DNA of 64,000 nucleotides, taken from NCBI GenBank assembly GCA_963723235.1, contig CAVRPV010000006.1:304914-368913 (forward strand). Direction: 5' to 3'. The notes beneath the pieces were generated by a model. That model searched no databases and was not told the origin of the DNA. It saw only the letters and a list, made by a program, of their open reading frames with translations. This document shows positions 55,915-64,000 of this stretch, piece after piece. The stretch's first letter is position 1; the number at the start of each line of letters is the position of its first letter. This DNA comes from an uncultured delta proteobacterium. Lineage in GTDB: Bacteria; Desulfobacterota; WTBG01; CAIYCZ01; CAIRTM01. The position numbers and the translations under genes were made by a program.

Positions 55915-56103
55915 TTACGGAGATTGAGTGCCTGAAGGCCCACTGGATGTCGCAGCGCAAGGCGTCGGGCCGAGTATCTTGCCTATATCCTCTTTCATGC
56001 TATCAGGTTCAAAGTATGACCTGTTACCGGCTATTTTGAGGATATCCTCTTTCGTGTAGGACCTTTTTTCCAGCCATTGTTGCACCCATTGTTTGTTGTC
56101 CAT
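55915..56103 (-). CDS. Putative RiPP precursor B2 (62 aa)
   Basis: MDNKQWVQQWLEKRSYTKEDILKIAG...KEDIGKILGPTPCAATSSGPSGTQSP; paralogue of B1. Confidence 0.7.
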   Translation of the reverse strand: MDNKQWVQQWLEKRSYTKEDILKIAGNRSYFEPDSMKEDIGKILGPTPCAATSSGPSGTQSP

Positions 56104-56159
56104 AAAAAGCCCTTTCTAAATGGTGAAATATTCATTACATATGCAAAATACAGTTGCCA

Positions 56160-56294
56160 TTACGGATGCTTAATGCGGCGAGGGTGAGGGCCGCCCGAGG
56201 TACAGGTAAGTGCCGGCCCGATTATGCTGGCGATATCCTCCTCCGTATAGGTGATGATTGCTGGCGTTTCATAGCGCTTCTTCTGGTCTTCCAT
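56160..56294 (-). CDS. Putative RiPP precursor A2: MEDQKKRYETPAIITYTEEDIASIIGPALTCTSGGPHPRRIKHP
   Basis: Manual translation; AAGGAGGAG RBS. Confidence 0.8.
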   Translation of the reverse strand: MEDQKKRYETPAIITYTEEDIASIIGPALTCTSGGPHPRRIKHP

Positions 56295-56830
56295 AACTCC
56301 TCCTTTACATGATTGTTAGAATTAAAATGCTGGACATAAAACAAAAATAAAGATGCGTTCCCTGTTCCACTTATCTCAGGCCCCTCCTTTACATGGCAAT
56401 GGAAACAGTCGAAAATTGCCGTTTAAAAAATTTTTTCCTCTGCAATAGCCAAGAAACTCGTAATCATAATTTACCGCCGGAAATATTTTTTTTCGTATCT
56501 GCATTTTTTGCTTAACCTTTGTTTCTATAATCCGATAAATAAAACGTACAGGGTGAAAATTAAACAGCCATCAGTCTATATAAAAAAAGAAAAAGAACCT
56601 CATTCGGACAACCATTACAAGGTTGCCGGGTTTTAGATTTAATAACGGATTTGAGTTAGCTTAGACTGACTGTTGTTTCAGTGATGCACAATACAACCCC
56701 GAAGCATATAATCGCATGCTTCGGGTTCACTAAATGCCGCCACAGTCAATACAGTACAAATAATAAGAGAACATAAAAAGCCAGACGCTATCGCACTGAT
56801 GCCATAGACCGATAGCAGAAACCGTGAAAC

Positions 56831-56940
56831 AAAAAAAACAGCCGTACTGCCAAGTTCAACTTTGGCAGCCCGGCTGTTTTTTTTAAAAACCCTTGGCTTT
56901 CCGCGCTATCCCAAAGGATAGGTTGGCTTTTTCAGTTTGA
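56831..56940 (-). ncRNA. Variant GEMM-I riboswitch with overlapping terminator
   Basis: Minus strand AAG CC AAC CTATCC TTTG GGATAG CGC GG AAAGCC AAGGG...CAGCCGGGCTGCC, then TTGGCAGTACGGCTG-T8. Confidence 0.75.
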
Positions 56941-57458
56941 ACAAAAAGTATGTTTTAACCTTTGTCTACTAGTTTAATTTTAGCATCTATTCTTCTGAAT
57001 ACAATTATTATTTTATGTTTGCATACGAATTGATTAAAATTTGATGGGGACTTTGACGTTTATTAACAATATTTTCTTTATTTTACAATCAAAAACGATA
57101 CGATTATAATGGTTTTGTAAATACAGCCTATATTTTAATAATAACTATCATTATAAATAGATTTAGTATTTTTTTATACCAGGATAGCCTCTCAAGCACA
57201 CCTCCAGCACAGGATTTACATGGTGGTCTATTACTGCGGTTATAAAGGTATCAGGTTTGGCGCTCGGCCAGTAAATTTTAAAGAATAATGGCTGCGGCAA
57301 GCCCGTCAATTTTGGCGGGGTCTACTTTGAAGTTGTAAAGCGCTAATTCGCGCATACGCTCGCAGGCTTCTGCGCTTGAGAACGCTTCGTCCTGCTGAAA
57401 GAGCGGCAAAGAGCAAGGGCTTCTTCCAATTGTGTGCTGAAGGTCTCGATCCGGCACT

Positions 57459-59267
57459 TCACGCTGACTGGCTAATTACGCGAGACATTGCGCGAAACGT
57501 CTCCGATGAATCCATCAGTTCGGCATACGTGCCCTTCGCAATGATGTGCCCTGCTTCCATCAAGTAAATCATGTCGCAGTCTTTAACCGTGGTGATCCTG
57601 TGAGCGATCATGATGATCGTCTTGCGTTTCGCCAGGGCCCGTATGCTGTCCATGACAGCCTCTTCGGTTATGCCGTCAAGCGCGCTGGTGGCCTCATCAA
57701 GCACAAGCACGTCCGGATCATGATAGAGCGCGCGCGCGATGCCGACCCTTTGGCGCTGCCCGCCGCTGAGGCGCACGCCACGTTCGCCAATCAAGGTATT
57801 GTAACCTGAAGGCATATCTTCTTCAATAAATTCGGCAATGTTTGCGACCCGGGCAGCGTGCATAATACGATCCATGTCGATATGCTCATCGGGTATACCG
57901 AAAGCGATATTGCGGGCAACCGTATCATCGCTGAGATAAATGTGCTGGGGAACATATCCCAGGTTGCGCTGCCAGGAGGGGCGGTTGTTTTCATCAACGG
58001 TTACACCGTCCACAACGATGCTTCCCGCCCGGGGTGCGAGCAGACCGATAATGATGTCAATCAGGGTCGTTTTTCCCGAACCGGTGGAGCCAACGAAGCC
58101 GATCGTTGTATTGGCCTGGATTTCAAGGCTGAGATCGCTGATTATTGATTCATCGCGACCCGGGTAACAAAAAAAAACATCCTGCAGGCGCAAAGACTTT
58201 TTTAATAAAAGAGGTTTGACATTAGCGGCCTCAAAAGTATTTTCAAAGCCGGCCGTCTTGACAAAATCAGCGTGCATAACATCAAGGGTTGCGGCATTGT
58301 AGCGCAGGGTGGCGATATCGGAGAAAATTGTTTGCAGGGCCGGCATGATCCGCCTAGCGGCAAATACGAACACGGCGAGCACAGGCAACAACTGCGCAAG
58401 ACCCTCTTTATGCGCCAGGAAGTACAGCACAATACAGAGAATTCCCCCGAACGCAACAACCTCCAGAACGTATGCGGGCATAAGGGCCAAAATGCTGCTT
58501 TTTGAAGCGCAGCGGGTATAGCTGTCGCAGCTTTTTACAAAACGGCTCAGGAAGTAGTGCTCCCGGCCAAGGACTTTCAAGTCCTTGATGCCGCTCATGG
58601 CCTCATGTGAAAGCGTGAAACGGTTGAGGTTGGCCTTGAGGCGTTTTTTGCCCCAGGTGGCAAGCCGGGTCCGAATAAACAGATAGAAACCCCCGTATAC
58701 GCAGCCCAGAATCAACACGGTGCCCACGGACAGCCATACGTTGACCGCAAGCAGGAGGACCAGCATAAACAGTGCGGAAATTGATTTTTCAACAACCGAG
58801 ATGCAAGGCCCTAGAATGCCGCGTATGACCGTTGAGGCCTCGTTGAGAATATTGTAGCCGAGCTCGGCGGTATTGCGGTTGAGAAAAAAAATGTAGGGCT
58901 GTGCGAGATAGCGCTCGAGAAGACGCCGTGAGAGAGACTGTTCGCTGCTGAATGTGAATTTGATCTGCGCCCAGGCAAACAATGCCCGGAAGAGGTTATT
59001 AGCAATCAATAGTCCAAGCATACCTGTTCCGAGGAACATAAGGAACCGATTCGCGCTTTCAAAGCCAAGACTCGTGTAGGCCAGTTTTAACCAACGATTG
59101 GTGTCGATAATTTCAGGGTTGGCCACAACTGCGATAAACGGCATGATCGACACAACGCCGACGACATCAAATACAGCTGTCACGACCGAACCCGCGCAGA
59201 GCAGATATACCTGCAACCGCTCTCGGGGAGTGAGAAGCACGAACAGTTTAGGGAGAATTTTTCTCAT
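57459..59267 (-). CDS. ABC exporter, fused TMD-NBD (MsbA/PglK-like)
   Basis: N-terminal TM helices, GSTGSGKTT, GYVPQ, LSGGQRQR, LVLDEATSALD, IAHR. Confidence 0.92.
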   Translation of the reverse strand: MRKILPKLFVLLTPRERLQVYLLCAGSVVTAVFDVVGVVSIMPFIAVVANPEIIDTNRWLKLAYTSLGFESANRFLMFLGTGMLGLLIANNLFRALFAWAQIKFTFSSEQSLSRRLLERYLAQPYIFFLNRNTAELGYNILNEASTVIRGILGPCISVVEKSISALFMLVLLLAVNVWLSVGTVLILGCVYGGFYLFIRTRLATWGKKRLKANLNRFTLSHEAMSGIKDLKVLGREHYFLSRFVKSCDSYTRCASKSSILALMPAYVLEVVAFGGILCIVLYFLAHKEGLAQLLPVLAVFVFAARRIMPALQTIFSDIATLRYNAATLDVMHADFVKTAGFENTFEAANVKPLLLKKSLRLQDVFFCYPGRDESIISDLSLEIQANTTIGFVGSTGSGKTTLIDIIIGLLAPRAGSIVVDGVTVDENNRPSWQRNLGYVPQHIYLSDDTVARNIAFGIPDEHIDMDRIMHAARVANIAEFIEEDMPSGYNTLIGERGVRLSGGQRQRVGIARALYHDPDVLVLDEATSALDGITEEAVMDSIRALAKRKTIIMIAHRITTVKDCDMIYLMEAGHIIAKGTYAELMDSSETFRAMSRVISQSA

Positions 59268-59344
59268 GGCTAATAAAACACAATATCTGGTGCACTGTAC
59301 TACAATGAGGCGTTTGCCGCATCCGGTAACAAGTGTTTGTGATC

Positions 59345-60200
59345 TGTTAGATTTCGTTGCGTTGTTTACACTTCTGGTTCATAGAAGTATTTGATCAGTT
59401 TTTCATATGGCGTCATATTGTCAATACCTTTATGGGGTTTGACCGTGTTGTAGAAGTTAATAAATCGCAGCAGGCTGATTTGACGGCTCTTCCGATCTCG
59501 GAAAATTTCCTGCTGATGCACATTTCCATGAGTGTACGGATCACCGTTCGGCTTGCGTTGGTCTGCGGCGATTGATCCGGGTGAATTTTTGACCAATGCG
59601 AGTTGGGAGCAGGCTGTACAAATGCGTGTTTACTGGCTCCTTTGAACTCTTTACCGTTGTTGAATAGGTGTACTCGATGGTGTAAGGGCACTCATCGACA
59701 TCTGGAGCAAAAACAGTTCCGCACTGTATTGCGTTTTGTCGGGAAGATCCCTGCGTAGAGTTCCAGAAAGTAGCTCATCGCGACAAACAGATACTCCCTT
59801 AGCAGTGTTGGTCTCGCCTTGATCAACGGGAGACGCTTGCTGTCAAAATGGACCAGCTCCCCCGGATAGGACTTGTTGTAGCGCTGGCTTCGCGTTTGCG
59901 TCTCTCTTCGAGTGGCGCTCAACTTGGCAGCCGCTTCAGGCCGTATTTGAGGCTGCGGAACCGATCATTGACACTTTTTCTCGGAAGAAACTCCTGTTTC
60001 CTAGCCGGGCAAGTGTTTATAGATCGTTGGTTGAGACTCGGTAGCGCTCAGCCAGAGCGCTGACTTGTACTGGTGTTTGCATAACTGCAGATTTTTTGGC
60101 GGTCATGGGGTGTTAACCGAATACGTTTGTGCATAACCATGTTTACAAAATCCTCCGTGGTGATTATCGGATTCTGTAAACAACGCGTCAAGTTCTTACT
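59345..60200 (-). mobile_element. Degenerate IS481-family insertion sequence
   Basis: Fragments RYNKSYPGELVHFDSKRLP, NNGKEFKG, PQTN, FYNTVKPHKG; terminal inverted repeats share GCGTTGTTTACA. Confidence 0.8.
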
Positions 60201-60374
60201 TAATCAAATGTACTGCTATTTAACCTGTTTTCTGCTTTCGTAGTAGGCGATTTACCATGCCCTCAATCTTGTCTATAAACTTCCAACAGGGGATATGCTG
60301 CACAGGAGTTCGGATCAACAAAAAAGGCCTGGCCGGGATCGTCCCCTGCCCTGCACAGGATAAACCCCTTGCGG

Positions 60375-61421
60375 TCATATTATGCGCACAAGCGCCCGGG
60401 CAGGATCACGGGGCAGCACCTGGCCGATATGCTCGGCAAGATCACCTGCCTCAAGGAGCATATCGCGCGCCTGCGCTAGCTTTTTTCAGGAACCGACAGG
60501 ATGAGGCCGCCTGAAGTCTGCGCGTCAAACACAAGATCGACAAGCACAGGATCAGCCTGCGGCGGCAGGGAGACCAGCGAGTGACAGTAGGTTTTATTTG
60601 CCGCACTGCCGCCCGGTAACATCCCCATCCCGGCAAGCTCGATTGCCTCGGGCATGAACGGAATCCTGTCAAGCCACAGCTCAACAGCCACGCCAGAGGC
60701 CTTGGCAAGTTCAAGCACATGACCGCCAAGGCCGAAACCCGTCACGTCCGTGGCTCCCTTGCAGGCCAAGCGTTCGGATAACCGCAGCGCCCGCCCGGTT
60801 AAGCCTGGCTGCCCACCTGAAAATCAGCTCCTCGATTTTTGCGGTGTCGCCGAACCCGGCCTTGAGCGCTGTTGCCAGAACGCCCGTGCCGATCGGTTTT
60901 GTCAGCAGCAACTGATCTCCCGGCCTGAGGCCCCGGTTGGACGCAAACGACGCAGGATCGACGATGCCCGTCACCGAAAGGCCGTACTTGATCTCATTGT
61001 CTTTGACGCTATGGCCGCCGGCCATTACCGCGCCCGACTCACGGATCTTTTCAAGACCGCCTGCAAGAATCTGACGCAGCACCTCCCTGTCCATCGTCTG
61101 GATCGGAAAGCACACAATGTTCATGGCCGTATAGGGTTCGCCCCCCATGGCATAGACGTCGGACAGCGAGTTTGCGGCCGCTATCTGTCCGAACCAGTGC
61201 GGGTTGTTGACGATGGGGGTCAAAAAGTCGAGGGTCTGCACAAGCGCTTTGCCCTCGGGAAAGCGAACAATGGCGGCATCCTCGTTGTCGCCGGGCGCGC
61301 TCAGCAGCCGCTCGTCATGCAGGTCGCTGAAAACACTCAAAACGTCCTCCAGGTCCCCTGGAGAAATTTTTGCCGCTCAGCCTGCTGAGGCAACGGTTTT
61401 TACAAGCTCAAGACGATCCAT
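60375..61421 (-). CDS. selD: Selenide, water dikinase; selenoprotein (UGA codon 15) with two frameshifts
   Basis: MDRLELVKTVASAG-U-AAKISPGDL, EDAA, QTLDFLTPIV, AAANSLSDVYAMGG, GGHS, TDVTGFGL, DAQTSGGL. Confidence 0.92.
61347..61379 (-). promoter_or_regulatory. Sec UGA and candidate bacterial SECIS hairpin
   Basis: TGA at 61379-61377, followed after 13 nt by CTCCAGG-GGA-CCTGGAG. Confidence 0.75.
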
Positions 61422-61749
61422 GGAACATGCTTTCTGAAAAAGACGGTAAGGGTCCCGAAAACACTCATGTCTGTCTGCATCAGGCCCTGTTGTGGAAACA
61501 TATTCGCCCGTACCCCGACAGGTGTCAAGAATTTTTCACACGATTTCTTTAACGTGTCCCGGCATAACCATAGATTGGCAAAACCTATACCTGAGTGGTG
61601 TTGCATTGATATTATCACATTGACATCACCCTGTATCTGAACCACAACTATACGCAGACTCAAAATGTATCATTACGATCGGCTATCGTTGGACTGACGA
61701 GGCTATATCACGATACGAACATGTTATTAACCTGAGAAAGAAACACACC

Positions 61750-62172
61750 ATGGAAACAATGGCACTCAATGAACGCGGGCTTGCAGACGCGAAAACAACA
61801 ACCGAAGCAGACACGAATGCGTGCCGCTCAACCAATGCCGACGAGATCGTCTATCTCTTTGATACCGACTATATCGGCTCGAACATGGAGCTCGGCAAGG
61901 TGCTGGTCAACGGTTTTTTGACCGCAGCCCTCACGCTACAGCACACGCAGTGCACGATTGTGCTCATCAGCAATGCCGTGCGCCTTGCGACAAAAGGTTC
62001 CTATGCCCTTGACGTGCTGTCAAAACTTTGCGCGAAAGGATACCGGATTCTTATCTGCGGGACCTGCCTTGACTTTTTCAAGATACGCGCTGACGTGCAG
62101 GTCGGCACAATCTCCAACGCACTTGAAATCATGCAGGTTATGACAGAAGCGGGAAAAGTGGTAAAGTTCTGA
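61750..62172 (+). CDS. YedF/DsrE-like selenium/sulfur relay protein
   Basis: IGSNMELGKVLVNGFL, ILICGTCLDFF, VGTISN; divergent from selD. Confidence 0.8.
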   Translation: METMALNERGLADAKTTTEADTNACRSTNADEIVYLFDTDYIGSNMELGKVLVNGFLTAALTLQHTQCTIVLISNAVRLATKGSYALDVLSKLCAKGYRILICGTCLDFFKIRADVQVGTISNALEIMQVMTEAGKVVKF

Positions 62173-64000
62173 CCCTGTGTACGAGGATGTTTACAACGAT
62201 CGAATGTTTTTTATGCCGAGTTCCTTTGAATTTTGCCTCTGTAAGCATGCCGTCGGCCTGCCAGCCCCGGGCACGATAATAATCCTCAAGCATGACGCCG
62301 ACCGGCGGCAGATGTTCGGCAGCCGGGCCGCAGCCCCGCATGCTGCCGGTAAACCGTTCATGCAGCCTGTCGGCAGAAGCAGCGCAGCCCTGCCTGAGAT
62401 TCACCACATGCTTTACCGCGTAGCTGCGCTCGCCTGCAAGCATAAGCGATGCAAAGTCATGCTCCATGCCCGTGGCAAGGTTCAGCCACTCCACCACCTG
62501 CCGCGCCGTAACGCCGGTGAATCCGTCGGCAGAGTAATACTGCGCATAGCCGGCATGGGAAAATGCGCACAGCACAAGCGAGTTGAGCACCGTGGCATAA
62601 TTCTGGCCCCGCGCAACAGTCCGGCCCGTGCCCTCAACGGCAAACCGCACCGCCTGCATGTCCATAAGGTCAAAGCCCTCGATACCCGGATCTGCTGCGC
62701 CCGTATGGTTTGCCCCGCGCGTATCGGTGGCATAGGCAAGGGCAAGAAAATTATGCGCCCGCGGATCATGGGCAGGCGCCTCAAGGCCTTTCACCTCTAT
62801 GGCGAAACGCTCCGCACCGCCGCCGATCAGCGCGGCAGCCCCGCGCACACCTTCTGCAAGCACAGCGCCGAAGCCCTCGCGCATGCAGATTTTTTCAAGC
62901 ATGGCAAGCGCGGCCTGCCCGTTGCCGAATGACATGATCAATGCCGTCGGTATCCTTGAGCGTAATCAGGCCTTCGGCAAAGCATTCCATGGCAAATGAA
63001 ATGACACCCCCGGCGGATATGCTGTCGACCCCGTAGCGATTGCACAGGTCATAGGCCTTCTGCACGACGCTGCATGTCGGTTATGCCGCACTGCGACCCA
63101 AGCGGCGCGATAGACTCCCATACATTCAAACGCCTGCCGCCATGATCGACATTGGACTCGACGCATCCCGTGGGGCAGCCTGCGCATTGATAGGGGCGCT
63201 CATGCACAGCATGCTCACCGATCTCCCGCAGCACAGCTTCCTCGAAACCCGGCAAATCGCCATCGCGCCAGTTATTGACGCCATGCCGGCCATCCCGGAC
63301 GAACATGGTAAAAACCCTTGAGGCTTTTGCCGCACAGTGCTCGGGGGTTTTCACCATCTGCGGCAGAAACTCCCGTATGGACCGGATAAGCTTTTCGGCA
63401 TGGGCAACCTCAACCGGATGTGTTCCCGGCCACGGCAATTGCCTTCAGATTCTTTGAGCCCATGACCGCACCCATGCCGCATCGTGCCCGCAGCGCGCGC
63501 TGCCGGGCCATCGCTCATGACAGAGGCAAACCGCACAAGGTTCTCACCCGCCGGCCCGATGGCCGACACCTTGAAGGCATCGCCGCAGCGCCTTCTGATC
63601 TCGGCTTCAGTCTCAACCGTATCACAGCCCTGTAGAAAGGCTGCATCTTCGATTGTTGCCGTGCCGTCAGTGACTTGAAGAAAAACAGGCCGGTCGGCCC
63701 TGCCGGTAATGATAAGCCCGTCAATGCCCGCTTTCTTCAGCGCAGCGCCCCAGGTGCCGCCGGCAAAGGCCTCGCCCCAGATACCGGTCAGAGGCGACAG
63801 GGCCGCTACGCAGTGCCTGCCGCTCCAGGGCACCATGGTGCCGGTGAGCGGGCCGGTCATAAAAAAAAGCGGCGCTTCAGGAGCAAAAGGATCCGTTTTT
63901 ACGGGAACCATTTCATCCATAAGCGCCGCAGCAAAGCCCACGCCGCCGATATGCCGCTCAGCCATCTGCTTCGGTGTTTCGCGCACCGCAACAATGCGGT
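62138..64000 (-). CDS. Aldehyde ferredoxin oxidoreductase family protein (frameshifted, 5' end outside window)
   Basis: TGPLTGT, LSPLTG..GE..AGG, LKKAGIDG, IGPAGENLVRFA, CAGCPTGC, VKGLEAPAHDPR, DTRGANH, YYRARGW; 3' end approximate. Confidence 0.88.

Larger units (their letters stand above)
55795..56960 (-). repeat. Right arm of the about 1.15-kb inverted repeat
   Basis: Reverse complement is colinear with 45755-46915. Confidence 0.85.

Noticed and set aside
46420-56294. Classical lasso peptide cluster
   Set aside because: Leaders have YxxP, but the locus has no cyclase or B2 protease. A G1-E7 ring in GGPAGIEYP would leave a 2-residue tail, and A2 and the C family lack an acceptor residue.
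44350-60200. Integrative element or prophage at tRNA-Asp
   Set aside because: No integrase, phage genes or att duplication seen; only a composition shift and IS relics.

Overview
Bacterial chromosomal DNA, most consistent with a Desulfobacterota/deltaproteobacterium (inferred from gene content: GEMM riboswitches, Sec-containing SelD, AOR, NtrY/X, PilS/R-like pair). Many conserved genes (uvrA, cysD/cysN, guaB, guaA, pdxA, selD, aor) carry 1-bp frameshifts, probably uncorrected long-read errors. Positions 1-44350 are mostly housekeeping genes and five tRNAs. Two features there stand out: an NtrX-type response regulator fused in frame to a catalytically intact LpxC, and an integron attC site invaded by a truncated group IIC intron. 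The main find follows tRNA-Val/tRNA-Asp: an AT-richer accessory locus (about 45.7-57 kb) bracketed by about 1.15-kb inverted repeats. Each repeat has a GEMM-I (cyclic-dinucleotide) riboswitch, a conserved structured leader and tiny ORFs. Seven short precursor-like peptides in three families (five below the ORF-track cutoff) accompany a PqqD/RRE, three HPr-kinase-like P-loop proteins (one fused to an S24/S26 peptidase), a GT2-TPR glycosyltransferase, a nucleotidyltransferase, a secreted thioester-domain-like protein and a neighbouring ABC exporter. No lasso cyclase or radical SAM lies in the locus. This is a candidate uncharacterised, second-messenger-controlled phospho/glyco-RiPP system. All assignments come from motif recognition by eye; no searches were run.
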